Shown here in pieces: positions 17,109 to 24,912 of a stretch of DNA of 64,000 bases. Source of the stretch: an uncultured Oscillospiraceae bacterium (lineage in GTDB: Bacteria > Bacillota > Clostridia > Oscillospirales > Oscillospiraceae); NCBI GenBank assembly GCA_947625965.1, contig CANQQO010000001.1, positions 60,596 through 124,595 of the forward strand. The letters run 5' to 3'. Position 1 is the first letter of the stretch; the number at the start of each line of letters is the position of its first letter. The translations under genes and the position numbers were made by a program. The notes under the pieces are model-generated. The model worked only from the letters and a program-made list of their open reading frames with translations. It made no database searches and was not told the origin of the DNA.

Positions 17109-18331
17109 GATTCTCCCTCCACGATCCGCAGAATTTGAGCGACGGCGTCCGAAACGGCGCCGTTGTTGTCGATGGCGTAGTCCGCGAAGGACCGATACAG
17201 GGGCCGCCGTTTCCGCTCCATGTCCGCCAGGTCCCCGGCAAGGGACAGGGGCCGTCCCTCCTTTGGTAGCTTATCCGCGTCCCGCTGGATCCAGAAGACC
17301 CGGCCGTTCTGCCGCAGAAGGGGGAAATTTTCGGGCCGGGTGACGCAGCCGCCGCCGGTGGCGATGATCCTGCCCCGCTCCTTGCAAAGCCTTTCCAGCG
17401 CCCTTGTCTCCCGGGCGCGGAAGCCGGACTCTCCCTCCCGCGCGAAGATGGCGGGAATGGGCATCCCGGCCATGGCCTCCACCTCCGCGTCGGCGTCCAC
17501 CGCTTCCAGGCCCGTCCGCGCCGCCAGCTCTGAGGCCAGGGTGGATTTGCCGGCCCCAGGCATCCCGATGAGGATGATGTTCTCCATCTGACGCCGCAGC
17601 CGTCCATGGATGGGGCCGATGACGCTGTCGGGCAGCTCTTTTCCCAGGAACCACTGGGCGCTCTCCTTGGCCTGGGCCACCAGCATCCAGAGGCCGTTCC
17701 TGGCGACGATCCCCCGCCTTTCCGCCGCCTGCAGGAGCCGGGTCCGGGCGGGGTTATAGATCAGGTCCAGGACTCCCTCCAGTCTGGGAAAACCGTCCAG
17801 GGAGAGGGGAGCGGCGTCCGTGTTGGGATACATCCCCACCGGCGTGGCGTTGACGATGACGGCGGCGTCGGCGTGGCGGTCCAGATTCCCATAGTTGTCC
17901 GGCCCGGACCGGGAAATGACGGCGACCTCCCCGCCCAGATCCTTCAGCACCGCCTGGGCCGTCGCGGAGGCGCCGCCGCTGCCCAGGACCAGGCATTTTT
18001 TGCCGGTCACGTCAAGGCCGCTGAGCCGGACCATGGAGGTGAAGCCGAAAAAGTCCGTGTTGTGGCCCAGAAGCCCCCCGTCCGGCAGGCGGACTAGGGT
18101 GTTCACGGCGCCCAGCCGCTTCGCGGTGGGCGTGAGCCGGGCGCAGTAGGGGAGGACCGCCTTTTTATAGGGAATGGTGACGTTGAGGCCGGAGAGATCT
18201 TCCCTTTGGAGGAAGGCCCCCAGGTCCTCCGGGGGCACCTCGAAGAGGTCGTAGGAATAGTCCCCCAAAAAATGATGGATCTGGGGCGAATAGCTGTGCC
18301 CCAGCTTGGCCCCCAACAGTCCGCAGCGCAT
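17105..18331 (-). CDS. aroE: fused shikimate dehydrogenase / shikimate kinase
   Basis: N-terminal LGHSYSPQIH...NVTIPYK...GSGGA (AroE). C-terminal IILIGMPGAGKST..., GGG (AroK). The ATG at 18331 overlaps the pheA stop (TGATG). Confidence 0.9.
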   Translation of the reverse strand: MRCGLLGAKLGHSYSPQIHHFLGDYSYDLFEVPPEDLGAFLQREDLSGLNVTIPYKKAVLPYCARLTPTAKRLGAVNTLVRLPDGGLLGHNTDFFGFTSMVRLSGLDVTGKKCLVLGSGGASATAQAVLKDLGGEVAVISRSGPDNYGNLDRHADAAVIVNATPVGMYPNTDAAPLSLDGFPRLEGVLDLIYNPARTRLLQAAERRGIVARNGLWMLVAQAKESAQWFLGKELPDSVIGPIHGRLRRQMENIILIGMPGAGKSTLASELAARTGLEAVDADAEVEAMAGMPIPAIFAREGESGFRARETRALERLCKERGRIIATGGGCVTRPENFPLLRQNGRVFWIQRDADKLPKEGRPLSLAGDLADMERKRRPLYRSFADYAIDNNGAVSDAVAQILRIVEGES

Positions 18332-19473
18332 CAGACTACCTCGCTGTAGCTGCCCAGGTACTTGAATTCCTCGCACATATCCTCCAGCTCGCACATGAGC
18401 TGGACAAACTCCTCGGAGTAGATGGAGGTCTCCAGGTCGAAGTAGAACATAAATTCAAACTCCCGTTCCGGGATGGGCCGGGATTCCAGCTTGGTCACGT
18501 TGATGCCCAGGGCAAAGAGACGGGCCAGGACTGTGTACAGCGCGCCGGGCCGGTGGGGGAGGATCATCATCAGGCTGGTCTTGTCCGCGCCGGGATAGAT
18601 CTCCAGGTTCTTGCTGATGCAGATGAACCGGGTCCGGTTATTCCCCTCGTCCTGGACGGAGGCGGCCAGGCACTGTAGGCCGTAGAGTTCTCCGCAGCTC
18701 CGGCTGGACAGGGCGGCCACGTCCTTCCGGCCCGACTGGGCCACCATTTGGGCGGCCACGGCGGTGTTCTCCACGGGGATGGCCTTGGCGTCAGGCAGGG
18801 TCTTGAGAAATTCTGAGCACTGGCCGATGGCCTGCTCATGGGAGTAGATCTCCCGGATGTCCTCCGGCTTGGTCCCGGGATTCACCAGCAGATTGTGGTC
18901 CACCTTCAGCCGGAAGGTCCGGACGATGAAGAAATTGTGGCGGATCATCAGGTCGTAGACCTTCTTCACGCTGCCGGCGGTGGAATTTTCAATGGGCAGG
19001 ACGCCGTACTGGCAGAGCCCCTGCTCGATGGCGTTGAAGACCCCCTCAAAATTCTTGAAATAGAGGATGAAGGGATTCTTGAAGATCTTCTCGCAGGCGA
19101 TCTGGGAGTAGGCCCCCTCAACCCCCTGGCAGGCCGCCATGGGGGCCTGGGGGAAGAGCTGAGGCGTGGAGGCGATGGACTCCGTGATCCTCCGGTAGAG
19201 ATCCGTGCCGTCGGCGCTGCGCCGGGACTGGTAGCTCCGGCTCAGGCCGATGAGCATGGAGAAGAGGACCCGGGAATAGTTTGCCATCTCGGGGCCGGCC
19301 TTTTTGGCCACGTCCGCCAGCTTCTCCCGCTCCCGCAGAGGCGCCACGATGGGCAGACCCCGCTCCTTCTTGCAGTCCGCGATCATGGCGGAGATTTCCA
19401 TCCGCTCCAGGAAGCACCGAAGCAGCTCGTCGTCCACCTGGTCGATGCGCTGGCGCAGTTCGCTCAGTTCCAT
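18331..19473 (-). CDS. pheA: bifunctional chorismate mutase / prephenate dehydratase
   Basis: N-terminal CM helix (LRQRIDQVDDELLRCFLERM), PDT domain (ENSTAGSV) and C-terminal ACT-like region. Confidence 0.9.
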   Translation of the reverse strand: MELSELRQRIDQVDDELLRCFLERMEISAMIADCKKERGLPIVAPLREREKLADVAKKAGPEMANYSRVLFSMLIGLSRSYQSRRSADGTDLYRRITESIASTPQLFPQAPMAACQGVEGAYSQIACEKIFKNPFILYFKNFEGVFNAIEQGLCQYGVLPIENSTAGSVKKVYDLMIRHNFFIVRTFRLKVDHNLLVNPGTKPEDIREIYSHEQAIGQCSEFLKTLPDAKAIPVENTAVAAQMVAQSGRKDVAALSSRSCGELYGLQCLAASVQDEGNNRTRFICISKNLEIYPGADKTSLMMILPHRPGALYTVLARLFALGINVTKLESRPIPEREFEFMFYFDLETSIYSEEFVQLMCELEDMCEEFKYLGSYSEVV

Positions 19474-20546
19474 AGCTTTCCCTCCTGTAAAATGATATCC
19501 AATATGGCGACAGCCGCCGCCGCTTCAATGACGGGCACCGCCCTGGGGACGATGCAGGGGTCGTGACGGCCCTTGATCTCCAGGGTCTTCACCGTCTTTT
19601 CCGAAAAAGACACGCTCTGCTGGGGTTTGGAGATCGAGGGGGTGGGCTTCACCGCCGCCTGGAAGATCAGAGGCATTCCCGTGGTGAGGCCGCCCAAGAT
19701 CCCGCCCGCCCGATTGGTCACGGGGCGGATCTGTCCGTCGGCCAGGGTGTAGGGGTCGTTGTTTTCGCTGCCCTTGAGGTAGGCGGCGGCAAAGCCTGCC
19801 CCGAAATCCACGCCCTTCACCGCCGGAACCGCGTAGACCGCCGAAGCGATCCGGCTCTCCATCCCGCCGAACATGGGCTCGCCCAGCCCCACGGGAAGAC
19901 CCAGCACGGCGCACTCGATGATGCCGCCCACACTGTCCCCCTGGGACCGGGCCTTCTCGATGGCCCGGCGCATGGCCTCCCCGGCCTGGGGATCCAGCAC
20001 GGGAAAGTCCTTCCCGATTTTGTCCACCTCCGGCGTCACGGGGTCGAAGCTCCCGCCGCCGACGCCGGCCAGGACGGCGATGTGGGCGTAAATGGCAATG
20101 CCCAGCCGCTCCAGCCACTGTTTGCACAGCCCTCCGGCGATGCACAGCGGCGCGGTGAGCCGCCCGGAGAAGTGGCCGCCGCCGGCCGTGTCCTGGAAGC
20201 CCCCGTACTTGACCTGGGCGGGGAAGTCGGCGTGGCCGGGCCGGGGACAGTCCTGAATGGCCCGATAGTCCGCCGAGCGGGTGTTTTGATTGTAGATGAC
20301 CGCCGTGATGGGGGCCCCGCAGGTATGGCTCTCCAAGATCCCGGAGAGAAATTCCGGCCGGTCCTCCTCCCTCCGGGGGGTGGACCAGGCGTTCCGGCCC
20401 GGGGCCCGGCGGTCCAGAAAGGCTTGCAGGGCCTCCATATCCACCGGCAGCCCGGCGGGGATGCCGTCCAGGGTCATGCCGACAGCCGGTCCGTGGGACT
20501 GGCCGAAAATGGACAGATGCAGATGTTCACCGTAGGTGCTGCTCAT
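19464..20546 (-). CDS. aroC: chorismate synthase
   Basis: FGQSHGPAVG...RPGHAD...GRHDPC signature. Confidence 0.95.
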   Translation of the reverse strand: MSSTYGEHLHLSIFGQSHGPAVGMTLDGIPAGLPVDMEALQAFLDRRAPGRNAWSTPRREEDRPEFLSGILESHTCGAPITAVIYNQNTRSADYRAIQDCPRPGHADFPAQVKYGGFQDTAGGGHFSGRLTAPLCIAGGLCKQWLERLGIAIYAHIAVLAGVGGGSFDPVTPEVDKIGKDFPVLDPQAGEAMRRAIEKARSQGDSVGGIIECAVLGLPVGLGEPMFGGMESRIASAVYAVPAVKGVDFGAGFAAAYLKGSENNDPYTLADGQIRPVTNRAGGILGGLTTGMPLIFQAAVKPTPSISKPQQSVSFSEKTVKTLEIKGRHDPCIVPRAVPVIEAAAAVAILDIILQEGKLWN

Positions 20547-21723
20547 AGTTACCTCCTAATCTTCGGAGATCCTCCCAAAAGCCGGGATAGGACTTGGCGA
20601 CGCATTGGGCGCCCAGCACCGTCACCGGACCGTCGGCGGCGGTGGCCGCCACGGCGGCGGCCATGGCGATGCGGTGGTCCCCAAAGGAATCCACGACTCC
20701 GCCGTGATAGACGGCGGGAGATACCGTCAGGGTGTCTTCCGTGGCCTCGGCCCGGCCTCCCAGGGCGGCGAGCAGGGCGAGAATGCTTTCCACCCGGTCC
20801 GATTCCTTCAGCCGAAGCCGTTTGATCTGGGTGAATACCGCCCCGGCCTTGGCCCCGGCGGCGACGGCCAGCACCGGCACCAGATCGGGAATGTCCCCGG
20901 CGGAGATGGTGGGAGCGCCGTCCAGGGCGGGCAGCAGGTCCGCGATGGCCCGGTCGCCCTGGGGGGAGTCCGGGTCCAGGCCCAGAAGGCGAATGTCGCT
21001 CCCCAGGGCGTTCGCGGTCAGGAAGAAGGCCGCGCTGCTCCAATCTCCCTCCACCCGGAGCGCGCCGGGGGAGCGAAAGCTATGGTCTCCGGTCAGGGAC
21101 AGATCCTCCGTATCCACTCCAAAGGCGGCCATGGCCTTCCGGGTCATGTCCACATAGGGGCGGGATTGGAGCCGCCCCAGGATCCGGATTTGGCTGTCCC
21201 CGGGAACGAGGCTCAGAGCCAAAAGAAGTCCCGTGATGAACTGGCTGGACACGCCCCCGTCCAGGGCGTACTCCCCGGCCCGGAGTCGGCCCTGGCACCG
21301 GACCGTGTCCGGCGTGGGCCGGGAGAGACGGCAGCCCATCCGCTCCATCTCCTCCCAGAGCGGGGAGAGGGGCCGTTCCGGCAGCCGGCCGGAGAGATGA
21401 AACGTGGCGTCCACCCCCAGCGCCCCGGCCACCGGCAGGAGAAAGCGAAGGGTGGAGCCGCTCTCCCGGCAGTCCAGCCGGGCCTGGCGGGGAATGGTTT
21501 CCGCCGGGGTGACCACAAAGCCCGTCCCGGTTCGCTCCACCCCCGCGCCCAGGGCACGAAGGCAGCCGGCGGTGGCCAGAATGTCCTCGTTGACCTGGGG
21601 GCACCAAAGCTCCGTCGGGGAGTGGGCAAAGGCGGCGCAGATCAGGAGCCGGTGGGCCTGGGACTTGGAGGGAATGGCTTCCAGAGTCCCGGTCAGCTTT
21701 CCGGGAAAGATCGTCAGGTCCAT
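20527..21723 (-). CDS. aroA: 3-phosphoshikimate 1-carboxyvinyltransferase (EPSP synthase)
   Basis: Starts MDLTIFPGKLTGTLEAIPSKSQAHR. LKESDR and DHRIAMA motifs. The longer ORF to 21792 would overlap aroB. Confidence 0.95.
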   Translation of the reverse strand: MDLTIFPGKLTGTLEAIPSKSQAHRLLICAAFAHSPTELWCPQVNEDILATAGCLRALGAGVERTGTGFVVTPAETIPRQARLDCRESGSTLRFLLPVAGALGVDATFHLSGRLPERPLSPLWEEMERMGCRLSRPTPDTVRCQGRLRAGEYALDGGVSSQFITGLLLALSLVPGDSQIRILGRLQSRPYVDMTRKAMAAFGVDTEDLSLTGDHSFRSPGALRVEGDWSSAAFFLTANALGSDIRLLGLDPDSPQGDRAIADLLPALDGAPTISAGDIPDLVPVLAVAAGAKAGAVFTQIKRLRLKESDRVESILALLAALGGRAEATEDTLTVSPAVYHGGVVDSFGDHRIAMAAAVAATAADGPVTVLGAQCVAKSYPGFWEDLRRLGGNYEQHLR

Positions 21724-21724
21724 G

Positions 21725-22774
21725 TCACATCCCCGCCTCGAGAAAGGCTTCCAGCTCCTCCACCGGGGTGGGCAGGATGCGGCAGTCCCCAATGGCCGCC
21801 GGGACGATGAGGTTCACGGTCCCGCCGGCCCGTTTCTTGTCGGAAAGGGCGGCCCTCGCCAGGTCCCCGGCGGAGAGGTCCGTGGCGGCAGGGAGGCCGA
21901 AGCGGTCCAGGGCCGCCAGGACGGCGTCCCGGGTCGCCCCGGAGCAGAGCCCGTAGGCCGCCGCCGCCCTACTGACGATGGCCATGCCAATGGCCACGGC
22001 CTTTCCGTGGGAGACGGTGAAGCGGCTCAGAGCCTCCACCCCGTGGCCCACGGTGTGCCCCAGATTCAGCTTTTGCCGCTGTCCCCGGTCAAATTCGTCC
22101 TGAGCCACCACGTCCCGCTTCAGCTCCACGCATCGGGCGATCCCTTCCTCCCGGTCGAAGCCCAGACCCCGTTCCGCCAGATGGGCAAAGAGCGCGGGAT
22201 CGTAGAGCACGCCGTATTTGACGACCTCCGCGCAGCCGTCCCGGAAGACGTCCTCCGGCAGGGTGTTCAGTGTGTCGATGTCGCAGAGGACCAGGCTGGG
22301 CTGGTAGAAGGAACCGGCCAGGTTTTTCCCCTGGGGCAGATCGATGGCGGTCTTGCCGCCGACGGAGGAGTCCACCGCCGCCAGAAGGGTGGTGGGGACC
22401 TGGACATAGGCCACGCCCCTCAGGTAGGTGGCGGCGGCGAACCCGGTCAGGTCCCCCACCACGCCCCCGCCCAGGGCCACCAGGCAGTCGGCCCGGGTCA
22501 GGCCGTTTTCCGCCAGAAAGGAGAGAAGGGCAAGGTAGGTCCCGCCGTTTTTGCTGGCCTCCCCGGCGGGGAACACAAAGGCCATCACAGGTGCCAAAGA
22601 CGAAAGGGCTGCCTTCGCCCGATCCAGGTACAGGGGGGCCACCTGGCTGTCGGTCACGATGCAGATCTTGGAGGGGGAGAGGCGCTTTCCCAGCTCCGTC
22701 CCCAGGGATTCCAGCAGCCCGCCGCCGATGAGGACGTCATACCGCAGGGATGCGGAAACTTCCACCTTTTTCAT
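21725..22774 (-). CDS. aroB: 3-dehydroquinate synthase
   Basis: GGGVVGDLTGFAAATYLRG...NLGHTVGH motifs. Confidence 0.95.
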   Translation of the reverse strand: MKKVEVSASLRYDVLIGGGLLESLGTELGKRLSPSKICIVTDSQVAPLYLDRAKAALSSLAPVMAFVFPAGEASKNGGTYLALLSFLAENGLTRADCLVALGGGVVGDLTGFAAATYLRGVAYVQVPTTLLAAVDSSVGGKTAIDLPQGKNLAGSFYQPSLVLCDIDTLNTLPEDVFRDGCAEVVKYGVLYDPALFAHLAERGLGFDREEGIARCVELKRDVVAQDEFDRGQRQKLNLGHTVGHGVEALSRFTVSHGKAVAIGMAIVSRAAAAYGLCSGATRDAVLAALDRFGLPAATDLSAGDLARAALSDKKRAGGTVNLIVPAAIGDCRILPTPVEELEAFLEAGM

Positions 22775-23601
22775 CCGTCAACATCCTCCTTCCGGCGCTT
22801 GCCCTCCTCCAGGAGGGCTTCCAGGGCCGCCCGGTCCCCCTCCGCGATGGCCCGGCGGTAGGCGGCCAAATTCTCCAAATACAGGTCCAATTCAAAGAGC
22901 AGAGGCTCCCGGTTTTCCAAAAAAAGCTCCGCCCACATCTGGGGATTCAGCCAGGCCACCCGGGTCAGGTCCTTGTAGCTGCCGGCGGAGAAGCCCTTGT
23001 GGCTCCCGGCGGTGGGGGACTTGATGTAGGCGTTGCTGACGATGTGGGGCATCTGAGAGGTGAAGGCGATCATCCGGTCGTGCTCGGCGGCGGTGGTGAC
23101 GGAAAAGGAGCCGAAATTGCAGGGGGCCAGGGCGGTCTGTACCCGCTCCAAAAGCTCCGGGTCGTCAAAGACCGGGGGCACCAGCACCATGGGCGCGCCC
23201 TGGAACAGATTGGAGCGGCTGTACTTGAAGCCGGAGAAGTGGGACCCGGCCATGGGGTGGCCCCCCACGAAGGTGAAGCCGTACCGCTCCGCCAGGGGAA
23301 AGCACTTTTCGCAGACCTCCCGCTTCACGCCGCAGCAGTCCAGGACCAGGGCGTCGGGGGAGATCTCGGCGCCGTGGGCTTCCAGCCAAGCCACGGACCC
23401 GCCGGGGTAGATGGCCAGGAGCAGCAGGTCGCACGTTCCAATGACGCCGCCCTCCAGGGGCCCCGCCACTACGCCGGAGAGCTGGGCGAAGGAGAGAATG
23501 TTCTCGTCGGTGTCCCAGGCGTAGACCGGATGCCCCGCCCTGGCGAAGGCCCTGGCCATGGAGCCTCCAATGAGGCCCAGGCCCAAAACGCCTACCGTCA
23601 T
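22771..23601 (-). CDS. tyrA: prephenate dehydrogenase
   Basis: VGVLGLGLIGGS Rossmann motif, GGHPMAG. Overlaps its neighbours by 4 nt on both sides. Confidence 0.9.
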   Translation of the reverse strand: MTVGVLGLGLIGGSMARAFARAGHPVYAWDTDENILSFAQLSGVVAGPLEGGVIGTCDLLLLAIYPGGSVAWLEAHGAEISPDALVLDCCGVKREVCEKCFPLAERYGFTFVGGHPMAGSHFSGFKYSRSNLFQGAPMVLVPPVFDDPELLERVQTALAPCNFGSFSVTTAAEHDRMIAFTSQMPHIVSNAYIKSPTAGSHKGFSAGSYKDLTRVAWLNPQMWAELFLENREPLLFELDLYLENLAAYRRAIAEGDRAALEALLEEGKRRKEDVDG

Positions 23602-24599
23602 GCCAGGGCCCTCCGGATGGCGGTGACCTGGGCGCTGAGTTTGGCGAACTGGGCCGGGGTGATGGACTGGGCCCCATCGCAGAGGGCGCGGGAGGGATTG
23701 TTGTGGACCTCCACCATGATGCCGTCCGCGCCGGCGGCGGCCGCGGCAGCCGCCATGGAGGGCACCAGACGGGCCTTTCCGGTGGCGTGGCTGGGGTCAA
23801 CTACCACAGGCAGATGGGTCAGCTCGTGGAGCACCGGCACGGCGGACAGATCCAGGGTGTTCCGGGTGTAGGTCTCAAAGGTACGGATGCCCCGCTCGCA
23901 GAGGATCACGTTCTCGTTGCCCTCGCTCATGATATATTCCGCGCTCATCAGCAGCTCCTGGAGGGTGTTCGCCAGGCCCCGCTTGAGCAGGATGGGCTTG
24001 TGGGTCTTGCCCAGCTCCTTGAGCAGATCGAAATTCTGCATATTCCGGGCGCCCACCTGGATGATGTCCACCTCGTCGAACAGGTCCAGGGCGGTGATGG
24101 TCATGATCTCCGTGACGATGGGCAGGCCGGTGGCCTTCTTGGCCTCCAGAAGCAGACGGATGCCCTCGTCCTTCAGACCCTGGAAGGCGTAGGGAGAGGT
24201 CCGGGGCTTGAAAGCGCCGCCCCGGAGGACCTTCGCCCCCGCTTCCTTCACGGCGGCGGCCACCTCGATGATCTGCTCCTCGGATTCCACGGAGCAGGGT
24301 CCGGCGATCATGGCGAATTCCCCGCCGCCAAAGACGGCGTCTCCCACCCGGATCACCGTGTCCTCGGGGTGGAATTTCCGGTTGGCCTGCTTGAAGGGCT
24401 CGGAGACCCGCTTCACCGAGTCCACGATCTCCAGGCTGCTCAGCAGCTCCATATCCACCCGGCTGGTGTCTCCGATCAGACCCAGGATGGTGACCTCCTG
24501 GCCCTGGGACACATGGACGTCCAGATCCATCCGCTTGAGCCAGTTCACCAGATGATCCGTCTGGGCGGGGGTGACGCCGTGCTTGAGAATTGCGATCAT
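23598..24599 (-). CDS. aroF: 3-deoxy-7-phosphoheptulonate (DAHP) synthase, type I-beta with N-terminal regulatory domain
   Basis: MIAILKHG... ferredoxin-like N-domain, then GPCSVES, KPRTSPY, DPSH motifs. GAGGTG RBS before the ATG at 24599. Confidence 0.9.
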   Translation of the reverse strand: MIAILKHGVTPAQTDHLVNWLKRMDLDVHVSQGQEVTILGLIGDTSRVDMELLSSLEIVDSVKRVSEPFKQANRKFHPEDTVIRVGDAVFGGGEFAMIAGPCSVESEEQIIEVAAAVKEAGAKVLRGGAFKPRTSPYAFQGLKDEGIRLLLEAKKATGLPIVTEIMTITALDLFDEVDIIQVGARNMQNFDLLKELGKTHKPILLKRGLANTLQELLMSAEYIMSEGNENVILCERGIRTFETYTRNTLDLSAVPVLHELTHLPVVVDPSHATGKARLVPSMAAAAAAAGADGIMVEVHNNPSRALCDGAQSITPAQFAKLSAQVTAIRRALA

Positions 24600-24613
24600 T
24601 TTTTTACACCTCA

Positions 24614-24654
24614 CAAAAAATCGCGCCGCACATTCCGTGAGTGAAGTGCGGCGC
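24614..24654 (-). terminator. intrinsic terminator (attenuator) in the aro operon leader
   Basis: Minus strand: CGCGCCGCAC...GTGCGGCGCG followed by ATTTTTTG. It ends 15 nt upstream of the aroF ATG. Confidence 0.75.
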
Positions 24655-24704
24655 GTTCCAAATCCTTGACCCGTTATTCAGAATTCCTTGCAGCACAAAA
24701 CTCC

Positions 24705-24770
24705 ATTACTTTTTCCCATTAAAAAAGTAATAGCCGTAAAAATAGAAGCCGCCGAAGAAATTCGTGACCA
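24705..24770 (-). CDS. candidate Phe/Tyr-rich leader peptide (21 aa) of the aromatic operon
   Basis: AGGAGG (24782-24777) sits 6 nt before the ATG. Translation MVTNFFGGFYFYGYYFFNGKK* has 6 Phe and 4 Tyr. It lies between the promoter and the terminator. Confidence 0.55.
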
Positions 24771-24798
24771 TATTGGGCCTCCTGTTTCAGATTATCCT

Positions 24799-24827
24799 GA
24801 CTATACCACATTTCGATCCGTTTTGCA
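24799..24827 (-). promoter_or_regulatory. sigma-A type promoter of the aro operon
   Basis: Minus strand: TTGCAA (24827-24822), 17-nt spacer, TGgTATAGT (hexamer 24804-24799). Confidence 0.65.
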
Positions 24828-24912
24828 AGCAGAAAATTTCCTTAACCTACCCAAAATTCGGGACCATATCCATGCTATATTATAGAAAACCCCAGATCAG
24901 GAGGAAATCGTC

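Noticed and set aside
24600-24830. T-box or other riboswitch upstream of the aromatic operon
   Set aside because: No GGTGGTACCGCG-like T-box sequence or stem I features are present. The leader is short (about 190 nt) and contains a translatable Phe/Tyr-rich mini-ORF, so it is reported as a leader-peptide attenuator candidate instead.
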